A DNA stretch of 64,000 nucleotides from Octopus sinensis. Lineage: Eukaryota. The first letter of the stretch is position 1. Each line of letters opens with the position of its first letter. Below, one piece after another: positions 52,132 to 64,000 of the stretch. The notes beneath the pieces were generated by a model. It was not told the origin of the DNA and searched no databases. It saw nothing but the letters and a program-made list of their open reading frames with translations. Made by a program: the position numbers and the translations under genes. The stretch covers positions 46,996,001 through 47,060,000 of the forward strand of contig NC_042999.1 in assembly GCF_006345805.1 (NCBI RefSeq). Direction: 5' to 3'.

Positions 52132-55100
52132 GCACACACACATTCACTCACACACACATACACACACACATAAATGGATTATCGGGGATATTCGATGAAA
52201 GACGTTAGAAATGGATTATTATTAATTTGTTGAAACGCGCAATTAAATAAATAAACCTCATGTGAATGCTACAATTTTTTGTTTAAAATATTTCAATTTT
52301 AAAATCCTCTCAAACTTGCAGTAGTTCATAACTTTACTAAATTTTATATAAAACATCGTAAAACACTACACAACCTTCGGGCTGAGACATTGTTCCCTAT
52401 GTTAATTGTAAAAGGTTTAACTGGAAAACCATGCTCAGCAGATTCGAACACAAGTAGATTCCTTTTACATATTAAGATTTTAACAACGCATTTTCAGAAA
52501 CCCATGTAACTGATTTTAATGGTTAATTATAACAGTATTATTTTGTCTCATCTCTCGTCTATTAATTATTCCAACTGCCACTCGAAATCATGAAGTTCTT
52601 TAAATGCAAAAGCTATTGATAAAAATTATCATACTTCAGACAGGAAAGAGAAAGGGAGACCGATGTATAGAAACAAAATCATCATATTATCATTTATATT
52701 CGGATTAAATCGGGGAAAATCAATACTACAGCTATGCCGGTCAGAATTGTCTTCTCACGTATTGAAAAAACGTTGCAAAGTTAGTAAATTTTTGGAGATA
52801 CTCTTTGAAAAGAATAACGATTTTTGTTGAAAAATAATTCGTTATTGGCTTGTTTTCCTATGAGGATCTGAAGTGCCAAAGTGAAGCATAAAAACGAATG
52901 TTTTTTTTTGCTTGCGGTGATACGATACAGATTCTGAATAATTATTTTCTTTCTTTAAAGATACATTATGGTCTGTATGATTCTGACGTATTCTTTTGAC
53001 GCAACTAAATTTAGTATCGTACAACTTTTATCTTACTGTACTCAGAAAATTTCCCAGTGATTTTTGCACTCACCTCAATTCAATTTGCACAGAACAAATC
53101 TCTTGTGTGTATCTGCAAGGCATATTCAATCGTATAGTTTCTAGAAACCTCTGTTGTTCATCGGTTCTAATTTTTGTCAAAACATGTCAGAGATTTATTT
53201 CCGCTTTATAAAAATTCGGGGTACTTCTGTTCTCAATTTAGTTTTTGTACCTCTTCTTACAATTGAATTAGTGCATATTACGACGTTGTATGGACATCAA
53301 CTATAATTCCTCTAATTGCATAACCAAAATATGGGATGGTCAGTAATAGAGGACTAATAATAAATACGTTTAAATTTTTACTCCCATAATCTGTTTTTCG
53401 CCAGTCATTATATCCCTTATTTATTTATTTATGTTATCCTCTGATTTATATTTAAAACATCGCCGCTTAAATGTCTGGTTATAAAATTGGTCAAAAGTTT
53501 TGCAAATCACTAATGAAATTGTAGCTTTCTGAGGCAACGTCACGTACATTCACATTTTACAAAACGTGCGCATCATTACCATTCATCTCATAGGAATTGG
53601 AGTACCAGCGATAATGAAATATAAATTAACTACGCATCTGTAAGTTTAATTTCTAATGCAAATTTTAATTATTAATGTAAAAAAAAAAATTGCTCAAATA
53701 TTTAGTCTTTCAGGAAATCAAGTCCTGCACTACTGTCCGTAAGCCATTTCCGAAATTAAAACGGATGATTCCAAGATAATTTTATAAAGTTTATATTTTG
53801 TATGCCAGAAGATTTAATGACATCCACAATCTCTCTCTGAATTTCCCTAAGTCTCTTACGTACACAGTTTCCTCTTTGTCTCAATTTTAGATTTATGAAT
53901 ATATGTAGAGTATTTTTTTTTGGTGCATTAGTGTAAAACTTTGTAGAATTCAAATCGAACTATTATCGTTAGAACCAATCAAGTGCCGCCCCTAAAACAT
54001 AAAACACACATATGCTTACACACATGCATATACATACGCACACATACATGCACATATGGGCACACGACACATACTCACATACGTACACACACACAAACAC
54101 ACACATCTGTGTGCACTCTATTTTAACCGTACGAATATGTAATTTAAAATGCGATTATCATGCAAGATTCTCATACATACATACTCGCACAATTCTTATA
54201 CATACATATATACGCACACTCATAGACACGCATTTACACCTACTACCCTACCTACTTACCTACCTGCCTATCTACCTACATGCTTACCTACCACTTCTCT
54301 ATCCTTCTCTCTCTATATATGTATGTCTCTCTCTTCATCTCTCTATTATGTGTGCATATGTGTACGTGCATGTATGTGTGTGTTTGTGTGTGTATGTGTG
54401 TGAGTGCGTGCGCGAGTAATGTGTGTGTAGGCGGGTGCGTACGTGCGTGTGTGTGTGTGCGTGTGTGCATGTGTGTGTGTGTTTCTGTCTGCATGTGTGT
54501 ATGCTTGTACGTGTATGCTTGTGTGTGTATGCTTGTTTGTGTATGTATATAGATGCTGAATGCGATAAAAATACTTAAACGTCTGACGTTGCAAAGGGTG
54601 TGCTGCCGTAAATGAGTCCCTGAAACATCCGGCTGAAAACACCAGCGCTAGATACTGAACGGCGATCGTGATGATAATGATATGATGATGACGATGATGA
54701 CGACAGTGATGATAAATGACGAATATGATGACGACGACGACGACGACGAAGGCCAAAATACACTGCGTTAGTATTTATGCTATACATAAACATCCTGTTT
54801 CATACATACCAATCGGTTAATCCATATTTCTGTCTTACCGCGTCTAGCTACATAAGTTAGTCTGGCAATTATCAATACTTTTGTTTATAGATAGCATATA
54901 ACGCGTATAAAAGCCAATAGATGTCCGAATAAAATTTTGTTTTATGCCTATCATTACCATTTTATGCAACAGCAACTCTATACCTTCGGCAGTTTTAGTT
55001 TACGTTTCAGACATGTTAGATTTTGTTAACACGTAGCATAATTCGAGGCTTACCATAATCTCCGTTTTATGGCCAAGTCAGAGGGAGGAAGGGGTGCGCT

Positions 55101-55355
55101 AATGATTATGTGTAGCGCCTCAGATCTGTGACTGGTGAGAAGAGGGGAAACGGTTAGCTTCATACAAGAGACTTGAAAAAAAGAAAAATACCCCCCAAAG
55201 ACTGTAGATTTTTCTTGATGTCATCTCCAACTGTTGTCGTGAGAACAGAATTGGCCTCTATGTCGTTTTCACAAGAGTTTTGTTTGGACATATTCCCCTC
55301 TTCTTCTTCCTCGTCATCGTCGTCCTCCTCCTCATCGTCATCACCATCATCGTCG

Positions 55356-55393
<38 letters not shown>

Positions 55394-55785
55394 TCATCGT
55401 GGTCCTAGACACTGCCTGAAATGCTGAAAATACCTACAAAATATTTATGATACTACTCTTCATAGTCCGTTAAATGAGATAAATGAGAAGGAATTGTCAT
55501 CGCGGAAGTGATTTTTGCATATAAATATATGCACGATTAGGATATAACGGGTTAAAGAATAAAAAAAATGTTAAAAACTATAGAAATAGGAAATCTGACT
55601 GCCGTCCGTTGGTACTGCGCCTACAGTTGCTTTCAGAGAAAGGCAAGGAGAGAGAGAGAGAGAGAGAACAGTTTCAAAGAAATAGAAGTGGGGATTGAAG
55701 TTTCCCTTTAAGGGGAGAGAATGGCTCAGGTTTTATGATTATTTTTCTTTTACTTTATACTTGTATAAATAATTTATCTATTTTT

Positions 55786-55975
55786 TCTCTAGTTTCAGCT
55801 CAGAGCTGCGGCCATGCTGATGCACTGCCATTTTGCTACACTGTTATTACTGAGACCCTCCTCTAGTATGTGGCAATTGGTGAAGAATGGAGTTTGATAT
55901 AGCTACCCTCATTTGTACCGCTTGCCGTGAGGTACGTTCATCTGAGACTCTCACAGGAAGAGGTCCAGCTCTGAT
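55786..55975 (-). mobile_element. SINE-like tail; short second copy at about 3318-3368
   Basis: tctctagtttcagctcagagctgcggccatgctgatgcac is shared by both loci and resembles the AB tail motif ctgcggccatgctg. Confidence 0.55.
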
Positions 55976-56982
55976 TTAAAAAAACCCACATCTATTGGTA
56001 ATCAAAAGAACTTGGGCTACTGATACAATTTCTGCTTACACAAATTTTTCTTTAAATTACTAGATGGAGGTATAGCTGTGTGGTTAAGAAGCTCCCTTTC
56101 GGGTTCAATCTCATTCCACGCCATATTGGGCAAGTGTCTCCGGGCCGCCCAGTAAAGGGAAAATGTTTGGAAGTACGCCGAAGCCGAACTGTTTGAAAGA
56201 CCCTGAACGAGGTCGCACAAAATTTTATGCCCAGTTTCAGATGCAACTGCTAATATAATGGCCAGTGGAAAATGTGTAGGTACTCGTAAGAATAAAAAAT
56301 ATGCTGTATGACATAGTAAAATAAAACGAAAGAAAATAATATTTTGAGGATATACCAGTCTTCATATTCGCACTCGTTATAATTATTGCTTATATACACT
56401 CAAGATCATATTACCATCCATAGAAGCGAACACGGAATTACACATGGGAGGAATGAGTGAGAACTCCTAGTTTTCATAGACATTAAATATCAATCGAAGC
56501 GGTTATATATAGAGAGAAAGAGGAAGAACAGAGATTCATATATCCAGGTTTTATTATGCAGGGAATCACAAAATTAGTAAATTCAATAGTAGACCAATTG
56601 GTCATTACTAACAATTGTGAATAGTAAAATAGGCTAAATGCAGTTTATCTATATTCACTGAGGTTAGCCAGCATTATTAACCAGTAAAAGCGAATAAGTT
56701 ACCCGCTAGGATTGAATATTCCTATTAAACAAATTTGGAAATTTACATTCACACACACACACACACACACACACCACACACACACACACACGAATAAGTA
56801 TTTCGATTGCTTTGATCACTTAAATAAAATCATCAAGTTCTAATACGTATAGAATTACTATTTTGATATAAATATTTGGTGTAAGAACTGGTGTGTGCGA
56901 ACGGGTGTACTTGAAAGTATGTGTTTGAAAAAGTCTGATAAAATTCATATGTGTATGTGAATATTGCCCAATTGCCTTAGAA

Positions 56983-57307
56983 CAGGGGTTTTCAACCACT
57001 TTTTTTTTATCTATGAAGCCTTTTTATTACTATTTTATTCTGATGAAACCCCATAGCCATTCAGTATTTAAAACTAGATTTACTGAAACTTCTTTCAAAA
57101 TTCCTATTTTGTTTTCACACATTAACTTGTTTAGGATGAGCAACGTCAAATGTTAGAGAAACAAACGTAGCTGTTACTTGTAGTAAACACCAATACATAA
57201 ATCTAAAGCAAAATGTTTCAGGGGCCCTTATAATACTGTTGTACATCCCCAGTTTATTATTTTGAGGACCCATCAGGGGCCTTGTGGACTCTGGTTGAGA
57301 ACCGCCG
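56983..57307. mobile_element. hAT-type MITE (325 bp)
   Basis: TIRs CAGGGGTTTTCAACC / reverse complement CGGCGGTTCTCAACC (12/15), flanked by gccttagaa and gtcttagaa, consistent with an 8-9 bp target duplication. Confidence 0.7.
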
Positions 57308-57550
57308 GTCTTAGAATGAAATTTCTATCCTTCTGGATCAGATATGCCTGAAATTACAACTGTTTAGACCGCATTTCTATGTGCCGAAGTACCTCTACGA
57401 AAACTTACACGTTGTCTTTAAACAAACCTGGCCTCCTGTATAGATATTTAAACAACTATTTATGTTTCTTTTTTATTTTTATTTTCTATCATCGTGTATT
57501 TATTCATTTATTTATTGTACTATATTATTTTAATTGTATATAGTGAGGAA

Positions 57551-57649
57551 GCAATACATATGCTAGAAGAAAATTGGAACGATACTGAGAGGATTAGAAT
57601 GGTCCTTGCTTAAGGATGAGACGCATATTCGTGATGCGTTCAATATTTT
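57551..57649 (+). pseudogene. U6 snRNA pseudogene (5' stem-loop missing)
   Basis: 57570-57649 matches the conserved metazoan U6 (AAAATTGGAACGATACAGAGAAGATTAGCATGG...GCGTTCCATATTTT, recalled from memory) at 69/80. The ACAGAGA box reads ACTGAGA and the AGC triad reads AGA. Confidence 0.9.
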
Positions 57650-57766
57650 CATAAACAGGCGTGCATATGTGATTTTAAAAAAAAACTTGCTTCAGAACGA
57701 CATAGCTCCAGGTTCATTCCACTGCGTGGTAGACTGGTCAGGTGTGAATGAAAAGAACTCGTCATA

Positions 57767-57820
<54 letters not shown>

Positions 57821-57826
<6 letters not shown>

Positions 57827-58199
57827 GAGATAAAACCCCTATTAGGCAAATCAAACAGTGAAAAACCTAAATCCAAACATAGAAATAAAGTTAATTAATA
57901 CAATATACAAAATATATAAAATATAACATTCAAAATTTAAATTATCTAAATTATAAGTTAAAAATTAAAAAAAAAATTTTAATTATTAATTTATAAATTT
58001 TTATATTTTTATATAAATATATAAAAAATTATAATTAATAATTATAAAATTTTTTTAATTTTTTACTTTTCAGTTAAATAATTTAAATTTTGAATATTAT
58101 ATTTAATATATTTTGTATATTATATTAATTAAATTTATTTCTATGTTTTGGTTTATGTTTTCCACTGTTTGATTTGCCTAATAGTGGTTTTATCTCTAA

Positions 58200-58239
<40 letters not shown>

Positions 58240-58308
58240 TATACTGTAAAATTAGATTTAATCCTAAATCTAATTTTCCCTGTAAATTTGGATTTACTCC
58301 CTAATATT
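57821..58308. repeat. (TA)n-anchored foldback element, same family as 45348 but with ~190-bp arms
   Basis: Outer arm taattagagataaaacc.ctattaggcaaatcaaacagtg is mirrored at 58163-58200; AT-rich inner arms; shared external tail 58240-58308. Confidence 0.85.
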
Positions 58309-58325
58309 GTTTTATATATATATAT

Positions 58326-58710
58326 CTTTTACTCTTTTTCTCTTTTACTTGTTTCAGTCATTTGACTGCGGCCATGCTGGAGCACCGCCTTTAGTCGAGC
58401 AAATCGACCCCGGGACTTATTCTTTGTAAGCCCAGTACTTATTCTATCGGTCTCTTTTGCCGAACCGCTAAGTAACGGGGACGTAAACACACCAGCATCG
58501 GTTGTCAAGCAATGCTAGGGGGACAAACACACACACATACCTATATATACATATATACGACAGGCTTCTTTCAGTTTCCGTCTACCAAATCCACTCACAA
58601 GGCATTGGTCGGCCCGGGGCTATAGCAGAAGACACTTGCCCAATATGTCACGCAGTGGGACTGAACCCGGAACCATGTGGTTGGTTAGCAAGCAACTTAC
58701 CACACAGCCA
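58326..58710 (-). mobile_element. Family AB SINE, well preserved; a diverged tail half in the opposite orientation lies at about 58765-58965
   Basis: Full core and tail; head ends at ggctgtgtggtaag. Confidence 0.9.
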
Positions 58711-60108
58711 GTTCTGTGTGTGTGTACGTATGTGTATGAGTACGTATGTGTGTGTTGGTTATGTCTGTGTTTGTCTTCCACTACTACTTGGCAACCGGTT
58801 TTCGTGTGTTTCATCACCGCAACTTAGGGTTCAGCCAAAATAGGCCCGATAGAATAAGTGCCTGGTTTAAAGAGAATATAAGTACTGGGGTTCGATTCAT
58901 TCCACCAAAATTTCCTGAATGCGGTTCTCGAGCATGGCTGCAGTCCAAAGACAACAATAAGTAGAAGATAAAAGTTTACAAATATCTATTCTTTAAAATA
59001 CTATGGGATAGGCAGACAAAGATTTAGAAAACATATTTATGAGGTAATATTTAAAAAAAAATTTTATCATTAATACTTGATTTTAGTTTATTTACATTAT
59101 TCTATTTTATTTGTATATTCTTAGATGCACTCCATATATGGTAATTCTAGTATTTGTGAGAAGTGCTATCAGCCAAATATATTGATTGTTTGTGATTCAC
59201 CGTCACCGGCCTCCGCCAGGGTCAACGATACATTTGCAAACTATGGACTTATACAACGTTAGGACTTAACACTTCCCACATATAACAGCTTCCAATTTTC
59301 TTATCTTTCTCATTCTCATTTCCTCTGCAATTCTCATTTTCTTTCTCTCTCTCTTTATATTTCACACACTTCGAGACACCTACATATATAACTTACACCT
59401 CCATACAACATGCATATCTTCTGTACACACACATACGGACACATGCAAACGCATACATACACACATACACCCCCCCCCAGACATACAGTCACACACACTC
59501 ATACATACGCAGACTTTCGTATACACACACACGTACACACAGTGAAACACACGCCCTCACACACATCACCTAACCTCACGAACTCACATCTTTCTGCTGC
59601 TAAGCCCTACTCCTAATTTTCTCTATTGCTACCAACCTGTTGCGTCAGCCCTCTCATACACACACAAATACAAACACACATGCAACATTCCTTAATATAA
59701 AACACACGCTACTCGTATACTACACCCCCACATACACATAAAACCATACATACACATATACACTTTACACACACAGGTAGAGTGTATTTCCCCGCACGTT
59801 CACACGCCCACCAGCCATTTTTCCATGCTCCTTCCTTCAAATATCACACACTCTTTATATCTCCAACTTCCGGTCAGTAACATTTTGGCCATTCAACATC
59901 TGCTTTTCTCCTAAGTATCCGGTCCTATTTCCTTTTCCTCCTCACTGGATATTTTCCACTATCCCACGAAGAGCCATGCTCGGAACATTATTTTCCACTC
60001 ATATTTTTATACTCTAAACTTTCGCTGTGTAACATATTGATTGCGTTTCTCTCTCTTTCTCTGTCTATATATATATTTTATAATACGTACCGTCGTAGAT
60101 GTTATATA

Positions 60109-60164
<56 letters not shown>

Positions 60165-60559
60165 CTCACACTGACAATTGTCGTAATCAAGAAGTTACAT
60201 CGCAGTTCGAGCAGCCACAAACTTGGCTAAAGTTCATCTCTTTAGAAATAATTAGCAGTGATTGTAATAATTATGAACCTGATATCTTAAGCATATATAT
60301 ATGTTTGAGTGTGTGCGCTTGTGTAATAAATATATATATACATTTGTGTGTGTGTGTCTGTATATACATGTATATATATGTATATGTGTGTATGTATTTA
60401 TACATATATATATGTATATATGTGTATATATGTATGCATTTACATATTTACGTATGTATGTATATGTGCATATACGGGTTTGTTTGTTGTTGTTTGGCAT
60501 CCTTTCTGTCTCGGGAGACAATGGAGTTGCGCATTTTTTTTTTTTTCTAGGTCTAGTCC

Positions 60560-61270
60560 GGCTGTTATATTTTATTTCCTGTTACATTTCTTGCTGTGGC
60601 TGTGTAGTCCTATCCTGGACAAACACTCCCTCTGGCAGGTACTACAAATGTAGCGAAGCAACTGCAGAACTGGTGTTTTCTTGAATTTTAGTTGCTTGCC
60701 TGGTGCAGAGGTTGCAGGCCGCTTTTCGAGTCGTACTCTTAGCTCCAAGCACCCAATGGAACAGGCGGCTTGTGGCGGGTCAGCACCTTATTAACTGGGG
60801 GCTGCCCAGCTTGAGGTGGGCAGTAGCTAACCAATAGGACACGGAAGTCCCTCCCACCGGCAGAGGTAACCCGTAGCGTCCATATTTTACGCCAATCTGA
60901 ATGGACTTATCACTCGTAACTGTTACCTCCCGTGTTGTTTCTGCAGCTTTTTACAGCAGCACTGAAGTGTCCTCTCCAGTTTTGCGCAGGCCTGGGCTAT
61001 AGATAAGAAAGTCCTGGGTAGCCCAATCGTCAGGTTTCCTCTCTCGACCTTGCTGATGTAGTCCAGTGGAGTGCAGTGCATTACATTTGGCACCAGCTTG
61101 GTTGCAGGAGCTGCCGGAAGAGTGTCGAATCGAACACTAGACCGCCTTCGGGGCTCCACTCCGGATTTCATTGAAGGTTGTCTCCTTTCCGTAACCCTGG
61201 ATAGGGGCCCATACCGGGTACTGTCAGCCGGAGCCAGCTGAGCCCGGAACTCGTGTCAGGCAGGGTCGTC
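60560..61270 (-). mobile_element. Non-autonomous RTE-clade derivative: 5' UTR region joined to the extreme 3' end
   Basis: GC-rich ~700-bp island. The 3' end encodes YICSTCQRECLSRIGLHSHSKKCNRK-stop (60652-60572), the C2H2-like C-terminus typical of RTE/BovB-type ORFs. No endonuclease or RT motifs lie in between. Confidence 0.7.
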
Positions 61271-61789
61271 GTATATACGTGTATATACGTATATTTGTGC
61301 ACGAGTTTGTTTTTGCTTGTACTATTGTTAATTATACGCTTTGCAGTCCATTTCGGAGAGTTTTAACAATCTAATTATGGACAAATTCCGGTATTTCTTA
61401 CTCCGGCATGTAGCAGCACGAATCTGTATTTTATAGAAAATTCTCCGCGTCTGTTTTCACCTGCCTCAGTCGTAGAAATATTTCTTATACTTTACTTCAA
61501 ACACTCATCCATCGACATCGACGAGAGAGACAATAGTCGTCGTCGTACTCCACCCCGTCCTCGTCCTTCCCTCCTCCTCCTCCTGATCATCATCATCATC
61601 TTTCAAAAATTGATATTTTCTGGCAGATTTCTATTAACTTTATTCTTATTATTGAGAGAGCAGTGCATGGCATCAAAGTGACACGGTGTAAAATGTACGA
61701 AACCAAGAATACCCATCATGACAGTCCCTCTCTTGAGGGTACACTAGGCACATGCATCACAACCATATGTGCAGGACACGGCCATCTTA

Positions 61790-61839
<50 letters not shown>

Positions 61840-61871
61840 CTGTTGTTGTTGTTGTTGTTGTTGTTATTATT

Positions 61872-64000
61872 ATGATCGCTTTTGCACAGCTTCTAACGCT
61901 GGAGATTACAGTATTATAGTGTCAGCTGTTCACTACCAGTGAACTAAGGTAACACCTCTTATTTTTCGAGCATCTCCCGGAGTATTCAGGCGCTTCCAAG
62001 CAGTGCTGTTTTCTGAAAATGCCCCACCCTTATTGCAGCCCCCATTTGTTCCACGTACTTCCCAAGATTTTTGCTCACTGTTCCCAGGCCTCCGACAATT
62101 ATTGGTACTACTGCTACCTTTTTCATCGACCACAACTGCTTAACTTCCCAACCTAACCTGTCATATCTCTTGACTTTTCTTTCTTCCTTATCGCATACCT
62201 TGTTGCCAGCTGGGCATGCTATATCTATGATCCGGCATAGTTTGTTTTATTTCTCAATTAAGACTATGTCTGTCTTCCTATTCTCCATCTCATGGTCGCA
62301 CTGGATCATAAAATCCCATAGGATCTTTGCATCTCCATTTTCGACGATGCCTTCGGGTTTTTGGTCGTACCAATTTTTTGCGCTTTCAAGTCCATACTTG
62401 TTGCAAAATATCCAATGGACAAGCCTAGCTATATTGTCGTAGCGTCTCTTATATTCCTTCTGGGCTAGTTTCATACATTGACTGGTAATATGCCATGCGG
62501 TTTCATCCTTTTGCCCATAGATTCCGCACTATCACTTTCTGCTATGTTGTCTATTCTGAATTATATGTAGTTTCTTAGCCATCTTTTTTCTCTGTCTGTC
62601 TTATCTTTAACATCCCTATGAAATTGACCATGCATTCTTTCCTTTACCCTGCTATTTTCTGTTTCATTCCTTTTCTATTTCTTGTATAGTGCTTTATCTT
62701 TGCAATCTTTCATCCTACACAAGCCTGACCTTACTTCTAATAATAGCTGTTCTGTAGCAATCTTTACATAACATGCTATGTTGATTTCTTCTGCTCTAAT
62801 GCTGTATTCGCATCCAATAAGTCCTCTTCCCGCTCTTTTTCTTGGTACATACAGTCTGTCGGTGTCACCTTTTGGGTAGAGTGTCCCATATCTAGTTAGC
62901 AACTTCCTTGTCTTTCTGTTTAAGCTATTTTGTTTGTCTACAGTCCATGCGATTATCCCGGTTCCATATCTAAAGAGTGAAACCGCCCAGGTGTTGGTAG
63001 CTTCAATCTTATTCCGTCCTTTTAAAATTTCTTCGGCATTTCTTTCTCCATCAATTTATCAATTCCCCGAATTCCCAAGTACTTATAGCCTATCTCTTCT
63101 ATCTGCTTCATAACCTCCCCCGACGGTATCGTTAACCCGTCCATGCATTTGATGTTGCCCCTCTTCAAAACTAACACACCACACTTTCTCAGTCTGAACT
63201 CCATTCTGATATCATCACTGAAGGTATACACCGTATCAACGAGGGAACTGAATTGGGCTCCATCTTTACCATAAAGTTTGATGTCATCCATGAATAACAA
63301 ATGATTGACTTTTTTTGGCGGCTTTTTAAATACATTCCCAGCTTTGCTTTCCTCAGAATCAGTTTTAGTGGTATGAAGCACAGTACAAAGCTCAATGGGG
63401 ACAAGCAGTCCTCTTGGAAGATGCCCCTCCTAATTTCTATTGTCCCTAACCTTCTTCCGTATGCTGCCAGGCCCGTCCAACACTTCACCATACCTTTTCC
63501 AAGCAATCGCTCAAAATTCAATGCAATAGCATATAGGTTCCTACATTCCATAATCCAAGAATGTGTGCACATATCTTACACCTTACGATAGTCGATCCAT
63601 GCCATGGCTAAGTTACTTTTCCTCCTTTTGCAGCCTCTCAATACAGTTTTATCCATTAGGAGTTAATCCTTGTTACTTCTGCACTTACAATTGCAACCAT
63701 TCTGCTCATGTGGCAAGGTTCTATTTTTTTCAGATGTTCGTACATTGACTCTGCGAGTATTCTAGTCAATAACGTCCACCCAAATGGCAAACAGGATATC
63801 GGCCAGTAATTGTCTACAGTATTCCCTTTTTCGATGGTTTTCAAGCACAGAACTGTCCAACCCAATGTCAACCATTCTGGTGTTACTTGGTTGGTATTCA
63901 ACAAGGTGTTGAATTGTGCAGCTATTCGTACATAACATTCACAAAATCTCTTGATCCAGAAGCCGTGATGTCCGTCTGATCCCGGGGCCTTCCAGTTGCT
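61872..64000 (-). mobile_element. Decayed R4/Dong-clade LINE running off the window end
   Basis: NWKAPGSDG, RRGIFQEDCLSPLSFVLC, VNHLLFMDDIKLYGK, GYKYLGI, KRAGRGLIGCE, WYDQKPEGIVENGDAKILWDFMIQCDHEMENRKTDIVLIEK; tail into (TAA/CAA)n at 61790-61871. The RT start is closely similar to 160-620. Confidence 0.93.

Overview
AT-rich, microsatellite-dense eukaryotic (animal) genomic DNA made mostly of intron, intergenic sequence and decayed transposons. The repeat repertoire resembles an octopus or other coleoid cephalopod; this is pattern recognition, not a database result. The only host coding sequence I can support is the terminal exon (M3, intracellular loop, M4) of a nicotinic acetylcholine receptor-type Cys-loop subunit on the minus strand (32006-32565). 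I found no upstream exon in the remaining 31 kb. The rest comprises at least five pieces of R4/Dong-clade non-LTR retrotransposons embedded in trinucleotide microsatellites, three Tc1/mariner-superfamily deletion derivatives, several MITEs and foldback elements, several tRNA-derived SINE families, a CR1/L2-group LINE remnant, an internally deleted RTE derivative, a 5S rRNA copy and a U6 snRNA pseudogene. The most interesting signals are RNA-structural: minimal hammerhead-like motifs in (TA)n/(TAA)n-anchored elements, an HDV-like ribozyme fold at the RTE 5' end, (TA)n-anchored foldback elements with copy-specific hairpin lengths, a 5S copy abutting a SINE head, and an exact 68-bp local duplication capping a SINE. 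Almost all ORFs in the supplied track are microsatellite or TE-fragment translations. All alignments and folds were done by eye. I cannot show that any of this is a new biological system.
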